A stretch of 64,000 nt of DNA from Tortispora ganteri (taxonomy: Eukaryota): positions 186,001-250,000 of the forward strand of contig PPNB01000008.1 in NCBI GenBank assembly GCA_003707115.1, in the 5' to 3' direction. Each line of letters opens with the position of its first letter. The first letter of the stretch is position 1. The position numbers and the translations under genes were made by a program. Below, piece by piece: positions 33,195-44,793 of this stretch. Under the pieces are notes generated by a model, which worked only from the letters and a program-made list of their open reading frames with translations, did not search any database and was not told where the DNA came from.

Positions 33195-33248
<54 letters not shown>
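33195..33248. repeat. (AAT)18 microsatellite
   Basis: 54-nt perfect repeat between AMD1 and STT3. Confidence 0.97.
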
Positions 33249-33251
<3 letters not shown>

Positions 33252-33395
33252 AATAACTTCTCAACATCTAACAAAATCCTTCTGCCCGTTGCTATGCAAA
33301 CTTATACTCACCCACCAGTACCACGTTCGTGTCCTCTACTGATACACCAATCACCGAATTCGTCGCTCTTTTTTTTTTGTTTATCCAACCACACA

Positions 33396-35555
33396 ATGGA
33401 GAAAGAAACGAAACGGGGTTTTGATGTATTTCGTGCTGTCATTCTTCTGATAGTCGGAATGACTGCCATTGCTGCGCGGCTTTTCTCGGTAGTCCGGTTT
33501 GAGTCTATCATCCACGAGTTCGACCCCTGGTTTAACTTCAGGGCTACCAAGTATCTCGTAGCGAACGGCTACTACAAGTTCTTAAATTGGTTTGACGATC
33601 GTACATGGTACCCTTTGGGACGAGTTACTGGTGGTACGCTTTATCCAGGACTAATGGTGACTTCCGGTCTTCTCCACACCATCTTTCGATGGCTATCATT
33701 TCCCGTCGACATTCGCAACATCTGCGTGATGCTGGCCCCCGGATTTTCCGCATTGACCGCTATCGCTACTTATTTGCTTACCTCTGAGATGAAAAATCAA
33801 ACAGCCGGCCTTTACGCTGCCGCTTTCATGGGAATTGCCCCCGGTTACATCTCCAGATCCGTCGCAGGCAGCTACGACAACGAGGCCATTGCCATTTTTC
33901 TCCTCATGTTCACATTCTATCTTTGGATAAAATCGGTCAAAGTCGGATCGGTATTCTACGGCACAATGACTGCTATCTTCTACTTTTATATGGTTGCCGC
34001 CTGGGGTGGATATGCATTCATCACGAACATGATCCCTCTCCATGTGTTCGTGCTCTGCCTTATGGGCAGATTCTCCCACCGCATCTACATCGCATACTCC
34101 TCTTGGTATGCGCTTGGAACGCTTGCTTCTATGCAGATTCCCTTTGTGGGTTTCTTACCCATCAGATCGAGTGAGCATATGGCCGCACTTGGCGTCTTCG
34201 GCTTGGTGCAGCTTCTCGCGTTTGGTATGTACATGCGCTCCATGATATCTTCGACCAATTTCCGCTACCTACTGTTTGCTACAGTAGGCGTTATTTTGAT
34301 TGTCGGATTTGGTGGCATTATTCTGCTCACGATTTCTGGTGTTATTGCTCCCTGGGGTGGTCGCTTCTACTCGTTCTGGGATACCAACTACGCCAGAATC
34401 CATATCCCTATCATTGCATCGGTAGCAGAACATCAGCCTACAGCCTGGCCTATGTTCTTCTTTGACACGCACATGCTTATATGGCTCGCCCCCGCTGGAA
34501 TGTTCTTTTTATTCTCTGAACTTCGCGATGAGCATGTATTTGTGATCGTTTACGCTGTACTTGGCTCATACTTTGCTGGTGTGATGGTGCGTCTAATGCT
34601 TACGCTGACTCCTATACTGTGTGTTGCTGGTGCTGTTGCCGTTACCACTGTCTTAGAACCGTACCTCGATGGCAATCAAACAGAACCTACGCGTGCTTCT
34701 GAGCCAAAAAGTTCTTTATATAAGCGATTCTCTCGTATTCTGGACCTTTCGGCGCCCAGATATATATACCAGAAGGGGATCAGACTTTTGACTTCACTCG
34801 TCTTTGGATACATGCTTTTGCACTTTGTATTCCATTGCACGTGGGTAACTCAGAATGCGTATTCTTCTCCATCGGTGGTTCTTGCTTCTGCGAGACCGGA
34901 CGGATCGACATTCCTGATTGACGATTACAGAGAGGCTTATTATTGGTTAAGGCAGAATACCGATTATAATGCAAAGGTTATGTCCTGGTGGGACTACGGA
35001 TACCAAATAGGTGGTATGGCTGATCGTACCACGCTGGTGGACAACAACACCTGGAACAACACACACATTGCTACAGTGGGCAAGGCTATGTCATCGAGCG
35101 AAGAAGTAGCGTACCCTATTTTGTTACAGCATGACGTTGACTATATTCTTGTGGTTTTTGGAGGGCTTATAGGCTACTCTGGAGACGATATCAACAAGTT
35201 CCTGTGGATGGTACGAATTTCGAGCGGTATATGGCCGGACGAGATTCAAGAAAAGAACTACTTTACGCCTAGAGGCGAGTACAAAGTTGACAGTGAAGCA
35301 ACGCCGGCTATGCGCAACAGTCTTATGTACAAGATGTCTTATTATCGGTTTGCGAAACTACTAGGAAGCAATGCTTACGACAGGCAGCGTCAACAGCTTA
35401 TACCTAACACGCCTATTGTGCTCGATACATTAGAAGAAGTGTATACTACCGAAAACTGGATGATTCGAATTTACCAAGTGAAAAAGCCTGATGTTTTTGG
35501 ACGTACGCCAAAAGAGGCGCGACAGTGGAAGAGTGGCATCAAGCGAACTGCTTGA
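33396..35555 (+). CDS. STT3: Oligosaccharyltransferase catalytic subunit
   Basis: IIHEFDPWFN, SYDNE, SVAEH, WWDYG, DINK; start chosen at acaATG 33396. Confidence 0.97.
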   Translation: MEKETKRGFDVFRAVILLIVGMTAIAARLFSVVRFESIIHEFDPWFNFRATKYLVANGYYKFLNWFDDRTWYPLGRVTGGTLYPGLMVTSGLLHTIFRWLSFPVDIRNICVMLAPGFSALTAIATYLLTSEMKNQTAGLYAAAFMGIAPGYISRSVAGSYDNEAIAIFLLMFTFYLWIKSVKVGSVFYGTMTAIFYFYMVAAWGGYAFITNMIPLHVFVLCLMGRFSHRIYIAYSSWYALGTLASMQIPFVGFLPIRSSEHMAALGVFGLVQLLAFGMYMRSMISSTNFRYLLFATVGVILIVGFGGIILLTISGVIAPWGGRFYSFWDTNYARIHIPIIASVAEHQPTAWPMFFFDTHMLIWLAPAGMFFLFSELRDEHVFVIVYAVLGSYFAGVMVRLMLTLTPILCVAGAVAVTTVLEPYLDGNQTEPTRASEPKSSLYKRFSRILDLSAPRYIYQKGIRLLTSLVFGYMLLHFVFHCTWVTQNAYSSPSVVLASARPDGSTFLIDDYREAYYWLRQNTDYNAKVMSWWDYGYQIGGMADRTTLVDNNTWNNTHIATVGKAMSSSEEVAYPILLQHDVDYILVVFGGLIGYSGDDINKFLWMVRISSGIWPDEIQEKNYFTPRGEYKVDSEATPAMRNSLMYKMSYYRFAKLLGSNAYDRQRQQLIPNTPIVLDTLEEVYTTENWMIRIYQVKKPDVFGRTPKEARQWKSGIKRTA

Positions 35556-35715
35556 GAAGTCTGCACAAAATGCTACAACCGCTTACAATAGAGGTTGTAT
35601 TTCTTTAAGAGTATGATGAATTAAAATACGATTATAATTTGAATTTAAATATTTGTCGGTAGAGGCTAGTGGATGCATGTGTGTGAATGCGTTGTTAAAG
35701 AACCTAGATTGTGAT

Positions 35716-36519
35716 ATGAAGGTCGGATTTCTGGGGCCGAAAGGGACGTTCAGCTATGAGGCTGCGTTGAAGGCTGGAGAGGGGCTAGAACTGACTGAAT
35801 TAGAAAATATAGACCGGTGCGTTGAGAGTGTAGTAAAAAAGGAAGTGGAAGTATCGGTGTTGCCAATTGAGAACTCTACGAATGGAAGCGTCGCCGGAGC
35901 GTTTGATGCGCTGATGCGAATTCCAGTTGTCGATGGACATGCCGTGGTGGTGGCTACCGAGGAAATTATTGTAGATATACGTCATTGTCTTGTGGGTTAC
36001 AGAGAGAGCAATGTTGTGTACTCGCACCCGCAGGTATGGGGTCAAGTAAAGGAGTGGATGAAGCGGCATCTTGGCGGAGTGGAAACAGTAGATGTGAGCT
36101 CAACGTCGAAGGGTGCGCTTATCGCTAAGACGCAAAAGGCGATGGGGATTTCGTCGGAGGTTGCGGCTGCTGTGCATGGTACACCAATTTTAGAACGAGA
36201 AATTAATGACAAGAAGGGCAACCAGACGCGGTTTTTGCGGCTGACTTGTGCACAGACACTCGGGCTATTCACACCAGTTCCCAGCAAGAAGACGCTGTTG
36301 AAGCTGCAGGTAGAGCATACTCGGATCGGAGCTTTGTCTGAAGCGCTACAGGTGTTGAGCGAATATGGAATGAATCTTACATTTATTACGAGTCGGCCGG
36401 ATCCAGAAAGAGAATGGCAGTACATTCACTTTATTGAATCTACGGGCGGTCAGATCGAACAAGCGATCAACAAGCTACGCCAGCACGGATGTAAAGTTTG
36501 TGTTTTAGGCAATTATTAA
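35716..36519 (+). CDS. PHA2: Prephenate dehydratase
   Basis: [33 protein letters not shown] domain with SRP. Confidence 0.93.
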   Translation: MKVGFLGPKGTFSYEAALKAGEGLELTELENIDRCVESVVKKEVEVSVLPIENSTNGSVAGAFDALMRIPVVDGHAVVVATEEIIVDIRHCLVGYRESNVVYSHPQVWGQVKEWMKRHLGGVETVDVSSTSKGALIAKTQKAMGISSEVAAAVHGTPILEREINDKKGNQTRFLRLTCAQTLGLFTPVPSKKTLLKLQVEHTRIGALSEALQVLSEYGMNLTFITSRPDPEREWQYIHFIESTGGQIEQAINKLRQHGCKVCVLGNY

Positions 36520-36824
36520 CGACCATATTTTTGAAATACCCAATCGCTGTTATCAAGCGGACATACATGACGCGTTTTTAGCCATCTAGATATGCAATGG
36601 AAATGAAATGCATGATTACAGGCACCCCAGGCCACACTGCACTCCTCTTCGTTTAGTTCTCCCGGGTTAGCCTGGCACTCAATGCACGCGTCCATAATGT
36701 GGTTTCGGCAAATCGCGCAGTTGTCCACTACAATATCCCATGACCATAGCGCTACAGCGTTCCATTTTTTGATCTCAAACCGTTTAGGCGTCGTCGAGTC
36801 CACCTCCATTGCTGAATCCGCCAT
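36516..36824 (-). CDS. RBX1: RING-box protein of cullin ligases
   Basis: [24 protein letters not shown]...[16 protein letters not shown]. Confidence 0.98.
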   Translation of the reverse strand: MADSAMEVDSTTPKRFEIKKWNAVALWSWDIVVDNCAICRNHIMDACIECQANPGELNEEECSVAWGACNHAFHFHCISRWLKTRHVCPLDNSDWVFQKYGR

Positions 36825-37081
36825 CGTTTTGCTATGTGTGTGTGTGTGGGGTGCGTGAAAACGGCAAATCCACTACACACTACCCTTGCCCTTAATCACC
36901 AGCCAGGGAAAAAACCCTTTCTAACACACTCTGCTTTTCGATATCCAATCCCCATCTAGCCTTATATCACATTTAGATCAATATAGTACTACTTATCACC
37001 TGCTGCATACCAGCGCAACCTTTTTCTACCTTCTATTTTTTCACAACTCTCTGCTTCTTTCACGCAGCACCCTTCGTAAAC

Positions 37082-37837
37082 ATGACTCGAAAGTCCTCTG
37101 ATAAGCGCCATAACAACTATTCAAAGAAAGGCAAACAAACAGACGCCACGGCTAATACTGTTTCGACTCCGAAGAAAGCCGTTAAGAAATCGAATGATCC
37201 AAAATACGCCGGCGGCTCTTATTCAGCTTCACCTGCAGCCTCTGCTCTCCCTAAACCGACGTTCAGCTTAACCCCTTCTAAACCGTCACCGCAGCTGTCA
37301 CCCGCTTCGCTCGGCCAACGCGACTCTAACTCAACTGCCTTCGTGAACAGGTCTGCTTTGCATTCCCAGGCTATTCTAGAATCGCTACAGCATCCACCCC
37401 GCCATTCTCATACTCAGCAACTGACAAATGCTCAATACAACAGGGACATGCCTACTCACACTCACATTCCCGCACCCCAACACCAAATGTCTAGCTATCC
37501 TCAGCAGACGAATCACGCACAGTACAACTCTCTCATGCCTCCACAATTGCCTAATGCGCAGTACGCACAATCTCCGATCTATTGGCAATCTCCAGAACAC
37601 TCGCAACCTTCGCACTACTCGCGATCACCACAGTATCATCAACAATTACAATATCAGCACGCCACGCAGTACGTTAACAGTCCACAACCTCATAATTCAT
37701 ATATGAATACACCTCCTCATCAGACTCCAGCTCCAGATTATCATCTGAAAACCTCGTCAGCGTCTAAACCAGCAGAACACACGGCATCTTCTCCGGCAAA
37801 TTTGCAGTCTAAGATAAAGCAGTTCATACACACTTGA
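37082..37837 (+). CDS. Edc1/Edc2/PNRC-like decapping activator with Q/H/Y/S/P-rich low-complexity domain
   Basis: KYAGGSY-SASPAASALPKPTF matches the YAGxx(F)...LPxP signature; the rest is low complexity. Confidence 0.7.
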   Translation: MTRKSSDKRHNNYSKKGKQTDATANTVSTPKKAVKKSNDPKYAGGSYSASPAASALPKPTFSLTPSKPSPQLSPASLGQRDSNSTAFVNRSALHSQAILESLQHPPRHSHTQQLTNAQYNRDMPTHTHIPAPQHQMSSYPQQTNHAQYNSLMPPQLPNAQYAQSPIYWQSPEHSQPSHYSRSPQYHQQLQYQHATQYVNSPQPHNSYMNTPPHQTPAPDYHLKTSSASKPAEHTASSPANLQSKIKQFIHT

Positions 37838-37901
37838 AAATAAAAAGATTAATTACACTATTCATGCACAGTTATATTCAGTCATAGCATTCTTTTCGTT
37901 A

Positions 37902-39329
37902 TTATTCTTTTTCTTCTTGTTCTACCTCGTTCTCCTTATCGCTTCCCTTTCCCTCTTTTCCACTCACAGATCGATGCACAGAGTTGCTGTCAGTTACCTC
38001 AGATCCGGAATGGATTAGACTATCTCCACCAATAACATCTTCAGCATATTCAGTATCTTCTGTGCCGACAGCAAATGCGTTTATCTCTTCAGGCGCGATT
38101 TCATTCTCATTGAACGCTTCCTTAGCCTTGTTGGCAAGATCCTGATCCGAATCTAATCGAATAATCGGTGGTTGCTCAGGCTCTCTGATAACCTCACCAT
38201 CTTCTGGTAGTTTCCCAGCAACAATAGATTGTTTTCGAGAATTTTTGCCTTCGGCCACGTCAACACGTGCTTTAAGAACCTTTAGATAATCTAAGACTTC
38301 GCCGTTCTCTTTATATTCCAACAAGTCGTAAAGATCTGTCTCAGTGACTGTCGCACATTCACCTTCTAAGTCATCTGCAAATGTACAAAGAAAATGTGCC
38401 CAGGATTGTGCTACCACGTACTTCTTGTCATAGTCTTGTCCAAACAAAATCACTTGTCCCCAGGTTCCAGCAGGGCCCGGGTTCAAGTCAATTCCAATAT
38501 TGTTACCACACTTGTCGTAAGCTACTGGAATCCAATCGGGATGTGAGTATAAACATTGGACGGCTCCTTCCGGAACGCTACTCTGAGATTCAATAAATTT
38601 TCCTAATGCTTGAATGCGTTTCTTTTCCACAGGACTTAATCCTGAAGAGCTGGGAGTACCAGATGCTGGAGAATTTGGCCTTGAGCGAGTGCTGGCAAGT
38701 CGCGGCGAGGGTGTAAGCGAGGACCCTCTAACAGCAGCTGCATTTCGGGCTTGGCTCGCAGCCGATATAGGTGGAACATAAGGCCCGTTCAACACCGATA
38801 GAGCAGATTTATATCTATTAAGATCCTCCTCATAATCCTTCGCAACTTTCTTCCAGTTGTTCCATTCTTCTTCTATTGTTTCCATATCCATAAGGTAAAT
38901 GCCAAACAGCAGGCCACAAGGTCGACCTGACTCGTCCTGGCCATCGTGCAATGTCAGGGAAGCTTTGAAATCGGGAGGCAACGTGCAGTCCTTATCGTTC
39001 TCAAATTCTAAAACGTCAGCATGGGTGGCAGGATCATTCAGCTGGTCGCTAAGTTCAGGGAAGTTAGCTTCTAGCCAGCGTTCAATACGGCCCCACGAAA
39101 CTGAAACGGGGGATGGTGGAGCCGCACCATTGCGAAATTCGCCTAGGGCTATATCAGCCTGTTCTCTAGTGATAGCATACGGGTTTACACTGTTCACAGA
39201 CTCAGAATCCGGGTCTGCTGTCACGTTTAGCGGTCTGGAACCGGCGCGGTCGCTGTGATACGTCGCAAACCTGTCATTAGTCGTCAAAGAATATACAAAC
39301 TCTTTCAAACCTTCAGTAAACTTTCCCAT
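37902..39329 (-). CDS. SMI1: Cell wall assembly regulator Smi1/Knr4
   Basis: LTTNDRFA, HDGQ, GLLFG, HPDWIP...GNNIGIDLNPGPAGTWGQVILFG. Confidence 0.93.
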   Translation of the reverse strand: MGKFTEGLKEFVYSLTTNDRFATYHSDRAGSRPLNVTADPDSESVNSVNPYAITREQADIALGEFRNGAAPPSPVSVSWGRIERWLEANFPELSDQLNDPATHADVLEFENDKDCTLPPDFKASLTLHDGQDESGRPCGLLFGIYLMDMETIEEEWNNWKKVAKDYEEDLNRYKSALSVLNGPYVPPISAASQARNAAAVRGSSLTPSPRLASTRSRPNSPASGTPSSSGLSPVEKKRIQALGKFIESQSSVPEGAVQCLYSHPDWIPVAYDKCGNNIGIDLNPGPAGTWGQVILFGQDYDKKYVVAQSWAHFLCTFADDLEGECATVTETDLYDLLEYKENGEVLDYLKVLKARVDVAEGKNSRKQSIVAGKLPEDGEVIREPEQPPIIRLDSDQDLANKAKEAFNENEIAPEEINAFAVGTEDTEYAEDVIGGDSLIHSGSEVTDSNSVHRSVSGKEGKGSDKENEVEQEEKE

Positions 39330-39371
39330 ATTGTATATACAGCTAAATTAGCCAAAAATCAACGATAACAC

Positions 39372-39478
39372 ACGCGTGAGGTGCAGTCAAAGTACTTATT
39401 AGCAATGCGAGGCGTGCGTGTTTGTCTTTGGGCAGGTTGCAAGGGGGTGGTGTGTGGTGTGGTGTGGTGAGCACGAAA
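39372..39478. promoter_or_regulatory. Possible MCB (ACGCGT, 39372) and SCB-type (CACGAAA, 39471) elements upstream of SMI1
   Basis: Exact short consensus matches upstream of a cell-wall gene; short motifs can occur by chance. Confidence 0.3.
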
Positions 39479-39629
39479 AGAGGTAGAATGCACTACAGCA
39501 TCAGGGCATAGGGTTTAATACATCATATCGATACTTAAGCAGAAAACAATATATACGGGCAAAATAAAAGGGACTAGCAGAAAAGCAAAGGGCGAGCATA
39601 GCTGTTGACAAAGTATAACTGGGCTTGTT

Positions 39630-41492
39630 TCACTGAGTATCTTCTATGGCAGAAGGTCGGAGCCGTTCCATATCGCGAAAGAGGCAACGACTCACCAGAT
39701 AATACATAGTGACAACCACAAAAACAATAAAAGTCAATATTCCAAAGAACCAACCAAGACCGCTAGCTCCTTCTCCAGGCACTTTTACGTTCATACCAAA
39801 CAGACCGGTAATGAGATTCAAAGGTACTAAAATAGTACCGATGATAGTGACCTTAGAGAACAGTTCAGTGACTCGGTTGTTAGAATGGAATGATTCGACT
39901 TGAACTTGAGCTAAATAATTGGCATGAGATCGCGAAAGTATTTTTTCATATGAGACCAAATTCTGGTACATAGTCACGATGTGATCATGAATATCACCCA
40001 GATAGAGTCCAATTTCTGTCCTTGAGGCGTTGTCGAAGTTCTCATTGCAGCGCTTGGCATACATCTTCACCACATCCGCCTTTCCTGACAACAAACGGAT
40101 AACCGTCATGATTTTCTTTCGAGTCTCGCCAATACGCTGCAACATATGACTGTGATCATCGTGTCTAGTAATAAAGACAGAGTCTTCAATGCCATCTGCT
40201 TCAAGTTCTATCTCATGAATGAGAGGCGCATAGTAATCGACAATGTCATCCACAAGGGCGTAACACATCCAATCGGCACCGACGGTCATGTAGTCACGTA
40301 GCTGCCTAATACGGTTGCGAACACGCGCAGGATGAACAATATCAGCAAAGTGAAAAGTCAAAAGTCCCTGTCGGAAGACAACAATATAGACGTTTTCGTC
40401 GTCTAAATAATCCTTTGACTCTTTGTCCGCGTTGAACGTATGGAAAGCGACAAAGTAATAATGAGGAAACATTTCGACCTTCTCGCGCGCATCCTTTGTG
40501 TGGATATCTTCGGCCGTAAGTGGATGAATATCAAATGTCTTAGCCAAAGTCCGCATTTCGGCATCAGTAGGGTTGAGGCAGTCAAGCCACCACGTTCCCT
40601 TTTCCTTTTCGTTCCAGAACATGTCTTCAAAGTTAGATTCGCCTTCATCTAACAGTGCACACAGATGAGAAGCATGAATGGTTTCATCAGATTCTGAACA
40701 GAAATAAGAGAACCGATCATCACATTGTTCTCCAATGGGCAAGGTAGAGTTAGACTCGTTCAGCTGTTTATCTACTAACTCCGTAGTTTCAGAGAATTCT
40801 TCAGAATTAGTCCTAACTCTGCTGGTATAGTAGCCATTCCCAGTCGCAGCCCCGCGAGACCAAATATCAATCTTTCTGGGTTTCTCGGTGATCCTTGAGT
40901 AGTATTCATCAGTAAGAGCTCGACGTTCTTGGTCGGCATAGTCATACAGTTCCGACAGATCAATCTTGCCTTTCATACTAGGCCTCGACTTGATAGGAAT
41001 ACAGACATCCTCATCGGATAACTCATAATCAGAATTCAAGTCAGAACACACAGAGCTAGCTCGGAGAGCCGGGGTAGTGTTAGGCAAGCGTGAATCAAAA
41101 AGTATCGAATTGTCCGAACGCCAGGAAGAATTGGATCTTACCCGGGTGAGCGACGCGCCATCGCGGTGACCGGTGAACGAGAGGCGAGGCTTTCTAGCCT
41201 GTCCATTAGTAGAGGAGGCGCCAGGAACAAGAAAGGTAGAGCCATTGGGCATGACCACAGGAGTAATAGGGTCCCTTGTTCCAGAGCCATCATAGCCTTG
41301 TCCAGGGATATAATCTTGCTCGTCATCACCGTGCATTTTGTTATCTGCGTTGTTATTATCACGGAAAGCCTCATTAGAATCTATAAAGAGCGTAGAGTCG
41401 TTGACTGTAGCGGCCATGTGAGATTCGAACGATTCATCGTCAGTGGACGAGATCGACAAACTGTCGGAAGGAGAATTACCACGCGTTTCCAT
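39630..41492 (-). CDS. ALR1: CorA-family Mg2+ transporter (Alr1/Mnr2 group)
   Basis: WWLDCLNPT, IHPLTAEDI, REKVE, GLFGMNVKVPG, two C-terminal TM helices. Confidence 0.85.
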   Translation of the reverse strand: METRGNSPSDSLSISSTDDESFESHMAATVNDSTLFIDSNEAFRDNNNADNKMHGDDEQDYIPGQGYDGSGTRDPITPVVMPNGSTFLVPGASSTNGQARKPRLSFTGHRDGASLTRVRSNSSWRSDNSILFDSRLPNTTPALRASSVCSDLNSDYELSDEDVCIPIKSRPSMKGKIDLSELYDYADQERRALTDEYYSRITEKPRKIDIWSRGAATGNGYYTSRVRTNSEEFSETTELVDKQLNESNSTLPIGEQCDDRFSYFCSESDETIHASHLCALLDEGESNFEDMFWNEKEKGTWWLDCLNPTDAEMRTLAKTFDIHPLTAEDIHTKDAREKVEMFPHYYFVAFHTFNADKESKDYLDDENVYIVVFRQGLLTFHFADIVHPARVRNRIRQLRDYMTVGADWMCYALVDDIVDYYAPLIHEIELEADGIEDSVFITRHDDHSHMLQRIGETRKKIMTVIRLLSGKADVVKMYAKRCNENFDNASRTEIGLYLGDIHDHIVTMYQNLVSYEKILSRSHANYLAQVQVESFHSNNRVTELFSKVTIIGTILVPLNLITGLFGMNVKVPGEGASGLGWFFGILTFIVFVVVTMYYLVSRCLFRDMERLRPSAIEDTQ

Positions 41493-42246
41493 TTTTAAAA
41501 AGAGAGAAAGAACTCACTTAGCATTCAGCAATAAAGAGGGAATATAAAAAAAAAGAGAAAGAAGATAAGTTTTCGTTGTAGTATGTATAGAAAGTCAGAT
41601 CAAAGCACCTGAAGCACACCGATCCGAGATAAAAGACGCAAGCAGCTTAGGCCAGTTATGGTGGCTCGAAGAGAGGAATGTAAACAGACAGCATGCACGA
41701 AAAAAAGTGCAAGACGCGATTATCAATAATAGCAGACAGCGTTAATGTATTTATGTATTTTCAAGAATGTACTCACTTTTAAGGGGCAAGCACAAACGAT
41801 AGAAAATGCAGTGAAAGAGACAGTAAATGAGGAGATTTTTAAACTAACCAAAGTAGATACAAAATCAGTAGATAGTGGTTAGTTAGAGTCAGATATATAG
41901 TCTATTATCGATGCTAAAAGAAAATAGGGACAAGTTAATAAGTGTTGGGTTCAAACTGAAGCTATTTTTTCTTTATAAATGATTCAAAAGGTTGAGACGG
42001 AATTTGAAAAGGGTGTTCTTGGTTCACTAAGAAAAAAGAAGAAAAAAACCTTTTTTCCAGCTCACATTTATTTAGAGTTCAAATCTCGACCAATCACAGG
42101 GATAACGTGGGCCGCTTGTGAACAGGGAGTAGGCGTTACAGAATAATAGAGTTTTCGGAGAGAAACAAGTCATCTGAAATGATCTGTGAGCATGCGGGTC
42201 AATGAGTGTATCAGGCAGTGCAGGGGCCAGAGTGGTGAGATATGCT

Positions 42247-43248
42247 CTATTTGTTGGACGAGGGCAGTCCTGAAGAAGACTTTTGTTGGGCTTTGGCGAT
42301 CGCATAAACGACACCAGCCAGGAAACCGATGGCAATTGCAGACACCGAAAAGAAAGTAACAGGAGCTTCGAAGAATATGAGTCCACTCAAGGCAATAGGG
42401 AGCTTGTTGAGAGCTCCTACCATGGAGTAAGTTGTAGATGAGGTGACTCTGATGCACCACGCTGAGCAGTAAGAGATGAGAACAGTCGAGATACCGGTGA
42501 AGAACATCGATAGGAAGATAGTATTGCGAGCAGCTGGAGGAAAGTTCATAGTGAGATTCTCGGCCGACCAGTCTTCTAACACAAACGAGCAGACGAGGAG
42601 GACAGGAATGGTAAGCAGGTTGTTGTAAAACATTGTGTCGAAGTCTTTGAAGTTAGTGAGCTGGATGCGCTTACGCATAATTAGGAGATACGCAGCGGAC
42701 GAAAAGCAGTTAGTAAGCATCCAGAAGTAGCCTTGGCTTACTATAAAGCTCGAAGTGCCTTTTCCTACTGGGGTGCTGATATCTGCCCATGCAGCCACCA
42801 CGGAGGAAAGGACCATCAAACTGAATGAGCCGAATATCATTGGGGTAACGGTCGATCCGCTGAACCATAGCTGCTCACCATAGGCAATCAGGATGATTGT
42901 CAAATTCTTAAAGATCGTGTAGACAGGGATCGATAGGTACTGTAGCGCCTTAGACGACGTGTATATCATGATTACTAGGAATAAGGAAATCGGGAACCAC
43001 TTTTTCGCGTCGTCTTTGTTGAAATCGCGATAGGTAATGATACCCATGCGTTTACAACACTCTACTGTCATTGTACAGACAATCGATTGTACTGCGAGGA
43101 GTAAGAAGTTCATGTTGAAAGAATAGCCAGACACGACATACTTGTTAGCGAGTGTCATCAGAATCGACGAGGCACAATATGAGATAATCGGCAGCACAGC
43201 TGGCGATAGTTTATAGCTGCTTTCGATTTTACTACGGTTTTGAACCAT
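42247..43248 (-). CDS. VRG4: Golgi GDP-mannose transporter
   Basis: [42 protein letters not shown]. Confidence 0.96.
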   Translation of the reverse strand: MVQNRSKIESSYKLSPAVLPIISYCASSILMTLANKYVVSGYSFNMNFLLLAVQSIVCTMTVECCKRMGIITYRDFNKDDAKKWFPISLFLVIMIYTSSKALQYLSIPVYTIFKNLTIILIAYGEQLWFSGSTVTPMIFGSFSLMVLSSVVAAWADISTPVGKGTSSFIVSQGYFWMLTNCFSSAAYLLIMRKRIQLTNFKDFDTMFYNNLLTIPVLLVCSFVLEDWSAENLTMNFPPAARNTIFLSMFFTGISTVLISYCSAWCIRVTSSTTYSMVGALNKLPIALSGLIFFEAPVTFFSVSAIAIGFLAGVVYAIAKAQQKSSSGLPSSNK

Positions 43249-43533
43249 TGTAGTTTCTATGCTGAATGGCGTTTTTGATGGTTCTTGTCAAGATTAATCC
43301 TATTAACTGTTTGTAGTTTTATACGAGATCTAGGGGTATTTTCCATTTTTTAAAGCAGAACTTGACCCAAAAAAATTCATATCCATAGCAACTAATCTGG
43401 TAACTCCCACACCAAACCGTCTGCGAAAACAAAACTCTAACCTTATATTTTTTTTTTTTCTTTTCTACCTTTTCTTCGACCTATACAATAGTTCATTATT
43501 GCTTTTTGTTAAAGTACTATATACTATTACAAG

Positions 43534-44793
43534 ATGTCTATGATTCCACTTGCTACATATTCTCTGGAACTAATTCCTGGAATCTCTGTTCAGGCAATCG
43601 AAGATGATTTCCCTGTTACTGTCAGACTCACTATGGCCGCAGTTGATCCTTCGCAGACTTTAGACGACAATGCTACTCCTTCGACTGTCCGTATCCTCAA
43701 GGCGCCGTTCATTGGCCCGCTTGATGACAGCGACGACGAAGACAGTGAAGATGAAGAAGGCGATGACGAGGACGATGTCGAGATGGAAGAAGAGTCTTCC
43801 TCTGAAGAAGAGAAGGAGGACGGCGAAGAGAACGATGAGGATGAGGATGAGGATGATGAGGACGCCGAGGGCCAAGATCAGGATGAGGACGACGAAGAAG
43901 ACTCTGATGATGACTCTGATGATGGAATTGAGATTGAAGAGATCGTTCTCTGCACCCTTGACCCGAAGATTCAGTACCAACAGCCTTTAGATCTTGTTCT
44001 GACTGCTGGCGATGAAATCTTCTTTGAAGTCACTGGATCCTACCCTGTTTATCTCACTGGTAACTATGTTGACCATCCTTATGACCAAGACAGTGATGAG
44101 GAAGATATTGACTCTGAGGAATTCGACTCCGACGAGTACGATCTTACTCCCGACTCTGATGAGATGTACGACTCCGACGAACTTGACGCCATAACTGAAG
44201 GACGTCTTGAAGAGATAGTCGACGAGCAGGAGGACGACTCTGCGGAGGATGAGGAAGAAGAAGAAGAAGAAGAAGAAGAAGAGGAGGAAGAAGAAGAAGG
44301 AGAGGAAGAGGAGGAAGAGTCTGAAGAAGAGAAGCCATCTAAGGCTTCGAAGAAGCGCGCTGCCGAAAGCGATGAGAAGCCTTCGAAGAAGCAAAAAGCC
44401 GACAAAAAAGTAGCATTCTCTGAAGATGTTGAAAAATCCAAATCGAAAGCGAAGTTCACTACCAAGACTCTGGATAATGGCTTGGTTATTGAAGATAGAA
44501 AGGTTGGAGACGGACCTGGAGCTAAAGATGGACAGAGAGTCGGCATGAGATACGTAGGCAAACTAAAGAACGGCAAAGTCTTTGATTCGAATACCAAGGG
44601 AAAGCCATTCCAGTTTGTTCTTGGAAAAGGAGAAGTGATTAAGGGCTGGGAGCTTGGAATCAAGGGCATGGCTGTCAACGGTGAACGCCGGTTGATCATT
44701 CCCTCGAAGCTTGCATACGGCAAGAAGTCGCTTCCTGGCATTCCTGCCAACTCTGATCTCATTTTTGACGTTAAACTTGTTTCTCTTAAATAA
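43534..44793 (+). CDS. FPR3: Nucleolar FKBP with nucleoplasmin-like domain and acidic tracts
   Basis: [15 protein letters not shown], poly-D/E tracts, C-terminal FKBP ([24 protein letters not shown]). Confidence 0.93.
   Translation: MSMIPLATYSLELIPGISVQAIEDDFPVTVRLTMAAVDPSQTLDDNATPSTVRILKAPFIGPLDDSDDEDSEDEEGDDEDDVEMEEESSSEEEKEDGEENDEDEDEDDEDAEGQDQDEDDEEDSDDDSDDGIEIEEIVLCTLDPKIQYQQPLDLVLTAGDEIFFEVTGSYPVYLTGNYVDHPYDQDSDEEDIDSEEFDSDEYDLTPDSDEMYDSDELDAITEGRLEEIVDEQEDDSAEDEEEEEEEEEEEEEEEEGEEEEEESEEEKPSKASKKRAAESDEKPSKKQKADKKVAFSEDVEKSKSKAKFTTKTLDNGLVIEDRKVGDGPGAKDGQRVGMRYVGKLKNGKVFDSNTKGKPFQFVLGKGEVIKGWELGIKGMAVNGERRLIIPSKLAYGKKSLPGIPANSDLIFDVKLVSLK

Noticed and set aside
39447..39470. TG-rich, telomere-like tracts (also near 8808 and 36834)
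   Set aside because: Short CA-rich leader or promoter tracts of minus-strand genes; too short to be interstitial telomeres.
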